Positions 52,410 to 64,000 of a stretch of 64,000 bases of DNA are shown piece by piece. Numbering within the stretch: the first letter of the stretch is position 1; each line of letters begins with the position of its first letter. The notes under the pieces were generated by a model. The model ran no database searches. It saw only the letters and a list, made by a program, of their open reading frames with translations, and was not told the origin of the DNA. The translations under genes were made by a program, and so were the position numbers. Source of the DNA: Eledone cirrhosa (lineage: Eukaryota); NCBI GenBank assembly GCA_964016885.1, contig OZ024743.1, positions 184,016,001 through 184,080,000 on the forward strand. Reading direction: 5' to 3'.

Positions 52410-55400
52410 ACAACGACAACATCAACAACAAGAGCAATGGAGGCGCCACCTTTGCAGCGGCAGCAGCGAAAACAAAGCGCTTTTTCAATGTAGATATTAG
52501 CGATAAGGAACAATAGTTGGCACAGGCATGGAGGTTAATTAAACGAGAGAAGTCCTGGGCAAACCTGACCATCCCGGGCAGGGCAATAGTGGACATGCAA
52601 AGGAGGACAGTATACTTTCAATGCATTTCAGTGCAGACACGCAAAGTAGAACTCGCCAGCCAAGCAGAGGTAGAGGCTGCTTTGAGGTGTATCGGAAGTG
52701 ACATCGAGTACAAAGCAAGGGCCAAGCAGTTCAGTACCATCTCAGTACTGTTCAAAACCGAGGCCCTTGCTATTAAGCACTCGGACCCCCTGCAGAACGG
52801 AATGCATTACCATGCTCCCGTCCCACATGGGCAAAAGGACAGTAAAGGTCCGCATTCCCAGGATCCCACCAGGAATGAACATATGGTGGCTCCTAGGATG
52901 AGTAATCGAGGAGGGGACAGACACTACCCTCCTGGATATCAAAAGGACAGAGAGAGAAGACTGGTCCGGAATGGATTTGGAGATTCTTCTCCAAATGAAA
53001 CCGGAGGACATGAACAACATCCTGGATTCTGCCCACCTGCAGAACAGGACAACAATCCAATTAATCGCTGAGGGGAGAAGGCCGCACTGCTTCGTCTGCG
53101 GGGAAGCAATGCATCTGAAAGCCTTCTGCCCTCAGCTCAAAAATGCAGGAGGTCACAAACCTCCTTTGTTGTCAACACCAGTGTCAGCACGGAAAGCTGC
53201 ACCACCTCCACCAAAAGCTACACCAACAAAGACACGGGTAACCCCACCAACATCAAAAACAGTCGGACCACCACCAACACCGAAACCAATCCAAGGGATA
53301 AACGAGGAAAGCTCTCCCACTCCCCCTACCCCTCCAATTATACAATAGACAAAACAATAAACGCACACACAGACACAGATACACTCACAGCCACAGACCC
53401 TTTGTCTTCCAGCAGCGGAGATGAAGGAAAACCCAAAAGTGCCAAAAACAAAAGAGAAAACTCCCCCCCCCCCCCAAAAAAAAAGCCCCAACAAAACACA
53501 AAAACATACACAACAAAAAATACAGACACCACTAACGCAAACACTTCCCCAATAACATCAACACCACCCCCACAATCCCCGAAACGCAAACAACCTAAAC
53601 AAACACAAGAACAAATAAACACACAGAAACCTGAAATTGCAGACACCACACCTACAACAAACACAGACATACCCGAAACAACACCACCAAAATAATCACC
53701 ACCACAGTCACCAAAACGAAAACAAATGAAACCACACCAACAAAATATTAAAAACTTCTGCTTGTCAGAAGGGCCAATGATAAGCTGATGGCCCTCTTAG
53801 CACGAAGCGAGGACATTCAAATAGAGGGGGAGATCTTTGAAATGAGCACCTTTGCATGCCAGAAGATATGCTTCTGGTCCGAATGTCACTCGATTCCTTC
53901 AAAGAAATTTGGGAGAGCTTTTCTCAAGACGTGGGAACCCCGAATGTGAAAGCCACATCGAGACTTTTAAAGGGGTTCCCAAAAGAAACCCCACCAACCA
54001 TGGAGGTCGAACCACCCGACCTTCACAAGACCCCGGAAGGTAAGTAAACCTTCCCTCTTTCTTTTAGCTTGCCAACATGGTCATATTAAGAGTAGGAAGC
54101 TTAAATGTTCGCAGCCTGGGGTCACCCTGGAAGCAGGGTCGCCTGCTCAACAACCTCAGGTCTCTAGAAGTGGATGTAATTGCAGTCAGCGAGACCAGCA
54201 TTTCCGACACGCACGCACTAACCTCCATTTTCGACGAATATCAGATCTTCGCATCTGTTAGCAGGCCGGGAATGGGAGGTGGGGGTGGCAGTGCTGTTTA
54301 GGAAAGGACTGGATCTCGAGGTAAGGTCGATCTTCCGGGACCCGGACGTTAAGTTGGTGGTCCTGGATGTGAGCAGTAGCGAAGGTAGTGCCTTTAGACT
54401 GCTGGCTGTCTACGCCTCTACTGGGGCCGGACGACCGGACTTCTTTAGGCGCCTGGAAACCTTTCTGGGTACGTCTCGCCCTTTATTGTTAGCAGGGGAC
54501 TGGAACAGCATCTTAGATGCACCCTGGGATAGTGTGGGAGTAGCTGATAGGAGCGGGGGGTGCAAAAGCCTCAAGCACCTAATCAGCCAGTTCCAATACG
54601 ACGACTAGATTTCCCCAATGCGCCAGTGTGGACGTGGACCAACCGCATGGGGTCATCTCGATCGTATATAGATAGGATCTTCATTAGGAAAATAGATAGA
54701 AATAGTGTAGGCAGCCCACTTTTTAAAACGGTCGCCTATTCAGATCACAAATTTGTGATCTGTATGGTCGACCTAGATAAAACGCATAGGTTGGGACCGG
54801 GTTACTGGAGGCTGAACATGTAATTTCCGGCAGATAAGGCATACAGGGACCGAGTCAATAATTTAGTTAAGAAAAAGTTGACAGGGGGCTCATCAACAAC
54901 AGATGGTGCGGGGCTCTCAAAAGAGAAATTTGAGTAACTTCGATAGACTTCAGCAAAGAACTCGCGTTAGAGAAAAATAGAAAGGAGGGGGAGCTGGTAG
55001 ATAAGTTAGTTGAGGCTATTTGTAGTGGCATTGCAACTGACGTGCTAGCGGCGAGAATGACATTGACCATTTCTTCAATGCAAAAGACGAAGGTTGCATT
55101 GTCAGAGCTAAGGCACGTGCGCTGAGAAACGAGGGAACCAAAGCTTTTCAATGGGCCCGCGTGGCGGAGGTGCACCGTGGTAATAAAACCACAATTCAGT
55201 CTTTGGTGGAGTGAGACGGACATGAAATAAGCGATTCCAAGCGGATGTGTGAGGCCTTTCGCCAGCACTTTGCTCGGTTGTTCGGGGAGAGTGGCGGATC
55301 AGAGAGAGTAGCGGATTTCAGTCGCTAGCTTGACGGCTTGAGTGCTGCGAAAGGCAGATTACTTCAGCCGAAATTCAGGACGCCCTTGTCGGCTGCATTA

Positions 55401-55942
55401 GGCACAAGTCACCCGGTTTGGATGGCCTGCCCTACGAGCTTTACGTAAATATGCCAGACTTGTTCTCCGATCTCCTCGAAGCGCTTTACTGCAACTGGCA
55501 GCAGAATGGGAGTATTCCCAGTTCTGTGAGCAGGGGAGTGGTGACGCTGATAAAGAAAGACGAGAACAAGAGGGATACAACTTCAAGCCCATAACTCTGC
55601 TCAACACAGAGTTTAAGATTTTGGCCAAAGTGTTAGCAAAGAGATTGGCGCTTGACGTCGAGGATTTGGTCGGGGCGGCGCAAACTTCCGCAATCCCATC
55701 CAGGTCCATACACGACAATCTCCACCTCATGCGATACATCATAGAGAGGGTAGGGTGTAAACCTGGCTTCGGTGGGGCACTGATCAATTTAGATCAATCG
55801 AAAGCATTCGATAGGGTCGACCATCGGTATCTGGAGGTATGTCTTGCCATTGTGCCCTTTTACTCGACCTTATTGCAAACCCCCACTGTCCCTGTCTTTG
55901 TATTGTCCCCTACATGTCGGGCCTTGTGGCCAATAAATGAAA

Positions 55943-55992
<50 letters not shown>
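52410..55992 (+). mobile_element. Tx1-like LINE A: ORF1 (CCHC knuckle), ORF2 EN-RT deleted after DQSKAFDRVDH, 3' UTR and (ATT)16
   Basis: RRPHCFVCGEAMHLKAFCP. ORF2 ATG at 54077 (LRVGSLNVRSL), GDWN, SYIDR, YSDHK, GYWRLN. Ends aataaa + (ATT)16. Confidence 0.9.
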
Positions 55993-58900
55993 GGCGACCT
56001 ACGTAGTAAATCGTATCATCGTGAGCTCCGCAAAAGTTTGTTGTTTTCGTTTGGTTAAAATTGCTATTTATGGAAAATTTTTATTGTTAACTGTATATAA
56101 GTGCGCATACATTGTTTTCCGAAAAGGACAGTCAAAAAGATTGGGGCCTTGTGCCCAAAATTTAAAATTTTATGATTATCAAAAATTTCTTTGAAAAAGT
56201 CATGGCTGACTCACCTCTGCACCAAGCAGCTGAGAGCCTTCCTCACAAACTAACACCTCACACCGACACCACCATTGTAAATATTACTACGTTTGCCAAC
56301 ACTAAAAATATTAGCAGTAGCAATAATTTAAATTTGTCTCAGGCAGACATTCATTTCCCGCCATTACCAATGACTGCAGGTGTTAAAGCCGCCACCACCA
56401 CCACCATCACCACCGCGACAACAGAAACAAAAGAAAAAAATAAATTAACTCGTGATATCGAAATGAAATCAACCAAAATGAACTCTTCCACACCGAACAC
56501 CACTGACGCTACCACCACCACAACTGAAACTAAAATTAATAATAACAAAAATAACGATAACAACAACAGCAACAATGACAGTAAGAAAACCACCCTGAGT
56601 TTTGCCAAAGTAGCAAAACAGTGCGAAGCATTTCAGGTAACTCAGGAGGAATTAGAAGAAGCCAAAAAAATGGTAAAGAAAGATGGGTACAGGGTCAGCC
56701 CCCCCCCCACACACACACACCTAATAAAATGGAGCATCAGCGCCTATGCACCGTGTCTTATCGAACAATTAATATAAAATCGCGCCGAGTGGAACGGGCA
56801 TCCGAGTCCCAAATCCAAAAAGCTTTGGGACATGTGTGGGCAAAAATACCCCACATCAGACGTGGGCAGAAGTATGAAACCGTGGACGTGTTCTTTGAAA
56901 CACCACAGGAGGCTAGAGAACACTCCATGGCCCCATTAAGAAGTGACGACTTCACACTTGTCCCAAGCTATTGTGGCCAGAGACTCGTAAAGATCAGGGT
57001 CACCCACGTTCCACCGGCCATCGAAATTCCCTGGCTAATAGCTGCCGTCCTCGCCGGCATCGAAGCCAACACAAAGATAATAGAAATAGCGAAAGAAAAG
57101 CAGGAGAACTCGTCTGGATCTGGAATGGAGCTCCTGATCCAAGCGGACCAAAAAAAGCATTGAGGAGATCCCAGAGGTAATAGACCTTACTGACGGCAGC
57201 CACCTCACCGTAATTGTCGAGGGCAGAAGGCCTAGGTGTGTCGTTTGTGGTGAAGGAACCCACCTAAGAGATTTCTACCCTCAGGCTAAAAGGATGAGGC
57301 TACCTCTCCTACCCACCCCATTGACTCAACCATCAACACCACCAGCAGCAGAGATGGCAGCAACAACTGTAGCAGCAACAACAGAAGCAACTGTAACAGC
57401 AACAACCCCAGCAACAGTAGCAAAACCAACACCACCACCACCCAACGCGCCAGAACTAGCACCAGCGCCTACACCATCCACCACGCCACAACCAAAACTA
57501 ACGCCTGTGGAGGATTTTCCACTCCTCGGCCTATCACAACTGGAGACAGATTGTGACGACGAGGAGTGGGAAACGGTATCAGGAAAAAAGAAAAAAAGAA
57601 ACCAAAAAAGAAAAAACTCTCTTCCTTCCCCCTCCAAAAACAAAATACAGAGGGAAACAAATAAGCTATCAAACAAAAAAGTTAGGACAGACATGCCACC
57701 ATCCACACCAGCATCAACAACCCCATCACCCCAAACACCAACACCATCACCATCATTAACCCCAACACCACCATCACCTACACCACAAAAGTCACCAAAT
57801 TGCGAAACAGAAACAAACCCACAACAAACGCAAACAAAACAAAACAACCAAAACGATACACACTACACAGCATTAAATTTGAACAACAACCAATTATTAC
57901 ACTACATCCAACATAACACCAGCATCACAGAAAAAGACTACACAACAACCCAAAAGTTCACACCACCTCCACACATACAAATCACTCGCATCACACAGAA
58001 AACGTACATGACACTACAACAAAAATTCCCCCAAAGACATCGGAGACTTCCGACAAGCACTCTCCAGGAGGATTTATAAGAACATCCTTCCTGAGGAGGC
58101 CACAAGCAGTGAAAAGGATGGAGAAACCGTCCTTCCTCTACGAGAAGTAAGGTAAGTGGTCTTTCCCATCTTTTCCACTCCATTTCAACATGACCTCACT
58201 CAGAATAGGCAGCATAAATGCGCGTGGCTTGGGGTCGTCATGGAAGCAGGGCCACCTGCTCAAAGACCCCAGGTCACTAAACATAGATGTAGTGGCCATC
58301 AGCGAGACCAGAATCTCCGAAGCACGGGCCTTCGCACCGATCTTCGGCGGCTACGATGTGTACGCATCTCCCAGCCGTCCGGGATCGGGGGGAGGAGTTG
58401 CTGTGCTTTTTCGGAGAGGTTTGGATCTTGCCATACGGGCCATCTTCCTGGACCCAGAAGGTAAGTTGGTGTTGCTTGACGTGACCAGCGGAGACGGGCA
58501 AGCTTTCAGGTTAGTGGCCGTCTATGCCCCGACAGGAGCAGGGCGGCCTGATTTCTTCCGGCGTCTGGAGACCTTTCTTGAAACGTCCCGCTCTTTAGTG
58601 TTAGTGGGCGACTGGAACGAGATCTTAGATGTACGCTGGGGCTGTGTGGGATTAGTCGATAGGGGAGGAGGGTGCAAGAGTCTCACCAACCTGCTCAGGC
58701 GTTTTGAACTGTCTGACAGGTACCGATTGGATTTCCCGAATGTGCCAATGTGGACTTGGACAAATCGCATAGGGTCATCCAGATCATATCTAGATAGAGT
58801 ATTTTGTAGAGAAATAGATAGGTCTAGCATAGGCTGTCCACAATTCAAGATAGCCAGCTACACGAACCACAAATTCGTGATCTGTGTGCTTGACTTAGAT

Positions 58901-61859
58901 AGGCTTCATAGACGAGGACCCGGCTACTGGAAGCTAAACGCGTCCTTACCAGCGCGCAAGGCCTACAGAGACCGGATTAGCGAACTAGTTAAGCGGGCGT
59001 TGACGGGGGCCAACGTCAACAACAAGTAGTGGTTTGCTCTGAAAAGAGCAATTAGAATAGAATCCATTAAGTTTAGTAAGACTTTAGCAATAGAGAAAAA
59101 TAGAGCAGAGGAAGAATTAGTTAGAAAATTAGACGAGGCGCTTAGCAAAGGCATCGCGACCGACGTACTTGCGGCGAAATTGGCCCTTGACCAATTCTTC
59201 AATGCAAAGCACGAAGGCTGCGTTGTCAGAGCTAGGGTGCGTGCAGTCAGACACGAGGGGACGAAAGCCGTTCAATGGGCCCGAGTGGCGGAGGCGCGTC
59301 GTGGTGGCGGAGGCGCGTCGTGGCAACAAAGCCACGATACGGTCTTTGGTGGACCACGACGGGCGCATGCTACTCGATCCCGGGCAAATGTGTGAAGCTT
59401 TTCAGCGACACTTCGCACAGCTGTTCGGGGGCAGCGGTGGGCCGGATCGAGGGATGGACTTTAGTGTCTACCTCGACGGACAGCCGCGGCTCTCGGCCAC
59501 TGAGGCGGAGTGTTGCGAAAAGCCGATAACAGCCGCTGAAGTACGGGAGGCAATGACTGGCTGCACAAGGGGTAAATCGCCTGGTTTGGATGGTCTGCCC
59601 TATGAACTTTACGTACAGATGGCAGACCTGTTCGGAGGCCTCTTGGCGGACGTCTACTGCAACTGGCAACAGAACGGGAGAATTCCCAGCTCTGTGAGCC
59701 GAGGAGCTGTGGCGCTGCTGAGAAAGGATCCGAACAAGGGGGATAACATAGATAATTTCAGCCCATACCTCTGCTAAACACAGAGTTCAAGATTTTGGCC
59801 AAGGTGCTAGCAAAGAGGTTGGCGCTTGTCGTTGGTGGTCTGGTGGGAGAGGCGCAGACATGCGCCATTCCCGACAGATCCATCTACGACAACCTCCACC
59901 TCATGCGATACATCGTAGAGAGGGTAGCTAGGGAACCTGGCACGGGTGGGTCCTTGATCAATTTAGATCAGTCGAAAGCATTCGATAGGGTCGACCATCG
60001 TTACCTAGCGGCAATCCTGAGGGCGGCTGGCTTTGGGCCCGTCTTCAGAGGCTGGATTGCTGCATGCACAGCGACATCTGCTCTGTGGTGATAGTGAACG
60101 GTCACTTTCGGAACCGTTCAACATCATACGCTCGGTCCGCCAAGGATGTCCCCTCTCGTCCCTCTTGTACGTATTGACTCTCGAGCCTTTACTGAACAAA
60201 CTGGAGACGTTGAGGGGCGTGCCGCGCGAACTAGGATGCGGAAGATCCGTGTCAGCATATGCGGACGATGTCACCGTAGTGGTGTCGAAGGCCAAACACA
60301 TCGAGGCGATCGGCACTACACTAAGAGAATACGAAGCGGTGACAGGAGCAATGATCAACCAGGAAAAGTCAGTGGGCCTGCAGCTCGGCACCTGGAGTGG
60401 CAGGTCCATGCCGTCCAACAGCGTCGTCGGGCGCTGGACGGACGGACAGGTTAAATTGCTAGGGGTCTGGTTCGGTCCGGACCTCCAGACGGACAAAAAC
60501 TGGGAGGAGGTGACGAGCAGGGTGGCTTCTCTCACGCAGAAATGGGCGGGAGGAAGCTATCCCTGAAAGGTCGAGCGGAGGTGGCTAACGCGTACATCGC
60601 GTCCGTCATCTACTACCGCCTGACCGTCGTACCTTGTCCTAAACCCTGCCTGACTGCGCTGGAGCGTTTGCTCTTTCGCTTTTTGTGGAAGGGACGCGCT
60701 CCGATGGTCAGGCGGTTCATCTGCTGTCAACACCCGCTACGTGGAGGGCTGGGCATGCCGTGGCTGATGATGCGCAGACACGCGCTCAGGCTACGACATC
60801 TCCACCTCTTCCTCGACGGTGATCAGGTGTGGTCGCCCTTTGCTAGACACGTCTTTCCCCAGCTCGTCTCCTTGACGGAGCTGCAGTCCTGGGTCAAGCG
60901 AAGACCGAGAGGAAGCGCTTGGAGACTGGAATGTCTTCAGGCGCTCACAGCCTTCGACCAATCGGGCAATGTGATCGGTGGAAACTCCACCTTGGCGTTC
61001 TATAGAGGATTAGTGGAGGGGAAGAGCGACGACGTACTTGGAGAAACTCTAGGCGTCGACGAAAATCAACTACCCAATCTCTTCGGAAGGACTTTCGGGC
61101 CGGGGCCTATGGACAACTTCCAGAAATCCCTGACCTGGTGGTGCTACCGAGGAGCTTTGCCAGTTCGGGATAAACTCTACAGGCATGGAGGTGCCGTCAG
61201 CCGGGCATGTCCGAGATGCGCGCAGGGCGACGAAACCGTCCTGCACGCACTCGTCCAGTGTCCGAGCATTGCTGACTTGTGGGTTTATGTCGAACACCTG
61301 CTGTCACGTGTAGGACAGATCCAGCTATCAGCTGAGTCCATCGTGAGGATTGCCCCGCCTCTTCCTTTAGCCGGGCAGGGCAGGCAGTTTTTATCTGTCT
61401 GGTGGCCATGGCGAAAGAGATAGTATGGTGGACACGTTTGAAAGGGCTGAAGACGAGCACTTACCTCTTCGGTGATGCCCTGATTAACTTTTTCAAATTT
61501 CATTTGAAAAGGAAAATCAGGGTAGAGAGGGAAGTGTTCTCTTCCCAGCATTTTGTTGAAAGATGGGTGAGAGAAGCAAGTATGGCCCGAGTGAATGGGC
61601 CTCCTCTGAGTATGTATCTGTAAATTAAAGGTGGAAAACTGGGAGAGGGCACTTGCCCTGGTGGTCAGGGTCACTGTGACCTTTTAATGGGCTTTCTCCA
61701 CAAATGTCCCTCGGAAGTCTCCCACCTATTGGGGAATTTTTCATTGTTATTTTTTATTACATCCTCTGTTTTTTTTTACACGCAGAAATGCCCATTTGTA
61801 CCGTCCTGTACTGTCCTTAATGTCTACTTTATGTAAACCCTTGTGGTTAATAAAGAAAA

Positions 61860-61890
<31 letters not shown>
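55993..61890 (+). mobile_element. Tx1-like LINE B, apparently full length (~5.9 kb), flanked by (ATT)n
   Basis: 5' UTR, ORF1 about 56202-58160 with knuckle RRPRCVVCGEGTHL, ORF2 58190-61623, 3' UTR, aataaa + (ATT)10. Confidence 0.93.
58190..61623 (+). pseudogene. LINE B ORF2 (APE endonuclease, RT, Cys-rich C-terminus) with a few frameshifts and one stop
   Basis: SINARGL, GDWN, SYLDR, KSPGLDGLPYELY, DQSKAFDRVDH, VRQGCPLS, AYADDV, CPRC..DETVLH..C. TAG at 59027-59029. Confidence 0.9.
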
Positions 61891-61907
61891 TGTTGTTATT
61901 ATTATGA

Positions 61908-64000
61908 GATGGCGGTAACTTCGGTTGAATAAGTTAGTTGAATTTTTATGAGTTATCAAAAGTTCTATATACTATTTTTTACATCGGTGTGTAGTTAAAG
62001 AATCCCTCTTTCAAAGGAGGTGGTTTTTTAACTGTATCTCGCGCCCTTGAGGGCTAAATTTGTATTTATTTACAATCATACCCCGCAAATTTTGTTTTAA
62101 AAAAAAACATGGCGGACAAAAATATTGTCCACAGGGAGGAACAGCGGGTTGTTCGGAGGGTGGAACAGCCGATTCCATCCAATCACAAGGCAAAGTAAAA
62201 AGCAAGAGAAACAGCACCAGCAGCGATAGTGGCAATGGTGGTGACAACAGCAGCAGCCACTGGAACAGTAGCAGCAGCAGTAGAAATTACAACGAAAACT
62301 TCCCTACATTAGAAAAATCAAACACCACCACCACCCCAATAACAGTAACAACAGCAACAGCCATAAAGAACCAAAGGAGCAACAACTATAACAGCAGCAA
62401 CACAGAGGAAAAAAAAACAAAAAAAAAACACCAACGACGGCAACAAAGACAAAACTAACAAAGCGACAAACAATTTTGAACAAGTACACATCACTAATGA
62501 AGAAATAAAAGAAGCAAAGGTCTTGGTTAAAAAGACCAGACACAGGGTAAGTCTCACCCGCCTAGCTGAGATAATAAGAAACAAGCTTTTGTGTTTGGTT
62601 AGTTATCGCACGATCGGGTCAAAATCGCGGCGAGTCGAACTAGCAACGGAGTCACAGGTCCAAAGAGCTATGGGTGCCGTTTGGGCACAGAAAACATACA
62701 TAGCCCAGGGATCGAGGTATGGCTCTTCGCTACACCAGAAGAAATCAGAGCACACTCCATTGCGCCACTCCGCAGTGACGTAATCATAATGATGCCCACA
62801 TACTGCGACCAGAGAGTCGTGAGCGTTCGGGTGGGCCAGGTTCCGCCCTCAGTGGAGATGGCGTGGTTGACGGCAGCCGTCCTCGCTGACGTTGAGGATT
62901 CAACAACTACACTCAACGTCATGAGAATAAGACAGGAAAATTGGACAGGGTCGGGGATGGAGCTAATCATCCAAGCAAACCATGAGAGCATTGAAGCCAT
63001 CCCCGATGTAATAGACCTGGACGATGGCAGCCATCTACTCGTGACTGTCAAAGGTAGGCGCCCAAGGTGTCATGGATGCGGTGGCAAGACGCACCTTAAG
63101 ACATTCTGCCCCAAACTCACCAAAACAGGCACGCGCCCACTCTTACCCCACGCCGTTCCCCGCAACTGGAGCGGACAAACAAACAAAGACCACAGTGGCA
63201 GAAGAGAAATCACCATCCCCAACAACAAAAGCACCATCTCTTCCACCACCCACAGAACCAATCGAAAGCATACCCCTTCCTGATATAGCTAAATCGGACA
63301 AGGAGTGCGATGAGGCCGAAGAATGGAGCACTATTCCAACAAAAAAAAGGAAGAACTCCATAACCTCAACCCCTCTCCTTCCGGAGAAGTCTGGATCTCG
63401 AGATACGGTCTTCTTGGACCCAAAGGGTAAGTTGGTGGTATTGGACGTGACCAGCGGAGAAGGACAAGCTTTCAGGCTAGTGGCCGTCTATGCCCCAACA
63501 GGACGGTCTGAATTCTTCCGGCGTCTGGAGACCTTTCTTGAAACGTCCCACTCTTGTTAGTAGGCGACAGGAACGGGATCTTAGATGCATGCTGGGATTG
63601 TGTGGGATTAATGGATAGGGGAGGAGGGTGTAAAAGCCTCACAAACCTGCTCAGGCGTTTTCAACTGTCGGAGAGGTACCGATTGGATTTCCCGAATGTG
63701 CCAATGTGGACAAGGACAAACCGCATCGGGTCATCCAGATCATATCTAGATAGGGTATTTTGTAGGGAAATAGATAGGTCTAGCATAGGCTGTCCGCAAT
63801 TCAAAATAGTCGGCTACACGGACCACAAATTCGTGATCTATGTGGTTGACTTGGATAGGCTTCATAGACAGGCACCCAGCTACTGGAAACTAAATGCGTC
63901 GTTACCAGCGCGCAAAGCTTACAGAGACCGGATTAGCGAATTAGTTAAACGGGCGTTGACAGGGGCCACCGTCAACAACAAATGGTGGTTTTCCCTGAAA
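61908..64000 (+). mobile_element. Tx1-like LINE C (5' UTR, ORF1, internal deletion, EN); continues past window end
   Basis: ORF1 ATG at 62109, knuckle RRPRCHGCGGKTHLKTFCP. Jumps at about 63378 into an EN sequence highly similar to 58410-59045. Confidence 0.9.

Noticed and set aside
54040-54067. 28-nt mini-intron fusing ORF1 to ORF2
   Set aside because: Too short for typical spliceosomal introns, would not put ORF1 in frame with ORF2, and the AG is absent in element B.
57294-58079. Pro/Thr-rich mucin-like host gene
   Set aside because: It is the low-complexity C-terminal part of LINE ORF1, between the zinc knuckle and ORF2; element A has an equivalent region.
61905-61916. YY1-like motif (gagatggcgg) at the LINE C 5' end
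   Set aside because: Short, not shared by element B's 5' end, and cannot be distinguished from chance.

Overview
Eukaryotic, AT-rich, repeat-dense genomic DNA. The SINE/LINE repertoire and (TA)n/(GT)n/(ATT)n/(GAT)n microsatellites suggest an octopus-like cephalopod (inference). The main feature is one large minus-strand gene of the polycystin-1/PKDREJ (receptor-for-egg-jelly) family. I traced 15 GT-AG exons (51987 down to 246) with consistent phases, about 1815 codons, encoding SEA (GSIVV motif), Ca-binding EGF, PKD/Ig-like repeats, REJ module, GAIN region and the first half of the GPS. The gene continues past the left edge and its 5' end was not found. The introns hold Tx1/L1-clade, RTE, CR1-like, R4/Dong-like and CRE-like LINEs, Gypsy LTR remnants, Tc1 and mariner copies, non-autonomous Helitrons, MITEs and many copies of a tRNA-derived SINE. 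The last 12 kb is a head-to-tail array of three Tx1-like LINEs separated by (ATT)n tails. The most notable observations are: an apparent (ATT)n-targeting LINE/SINE system in which the SINE shares the LINE 3' end; a position-conserved splice donor just before ORF2 in two diverged LINEs; a SEA plus GPS double-autoproteolysis polycystin; and a candidate Penelope-type minimal hammerhead ribozyme.
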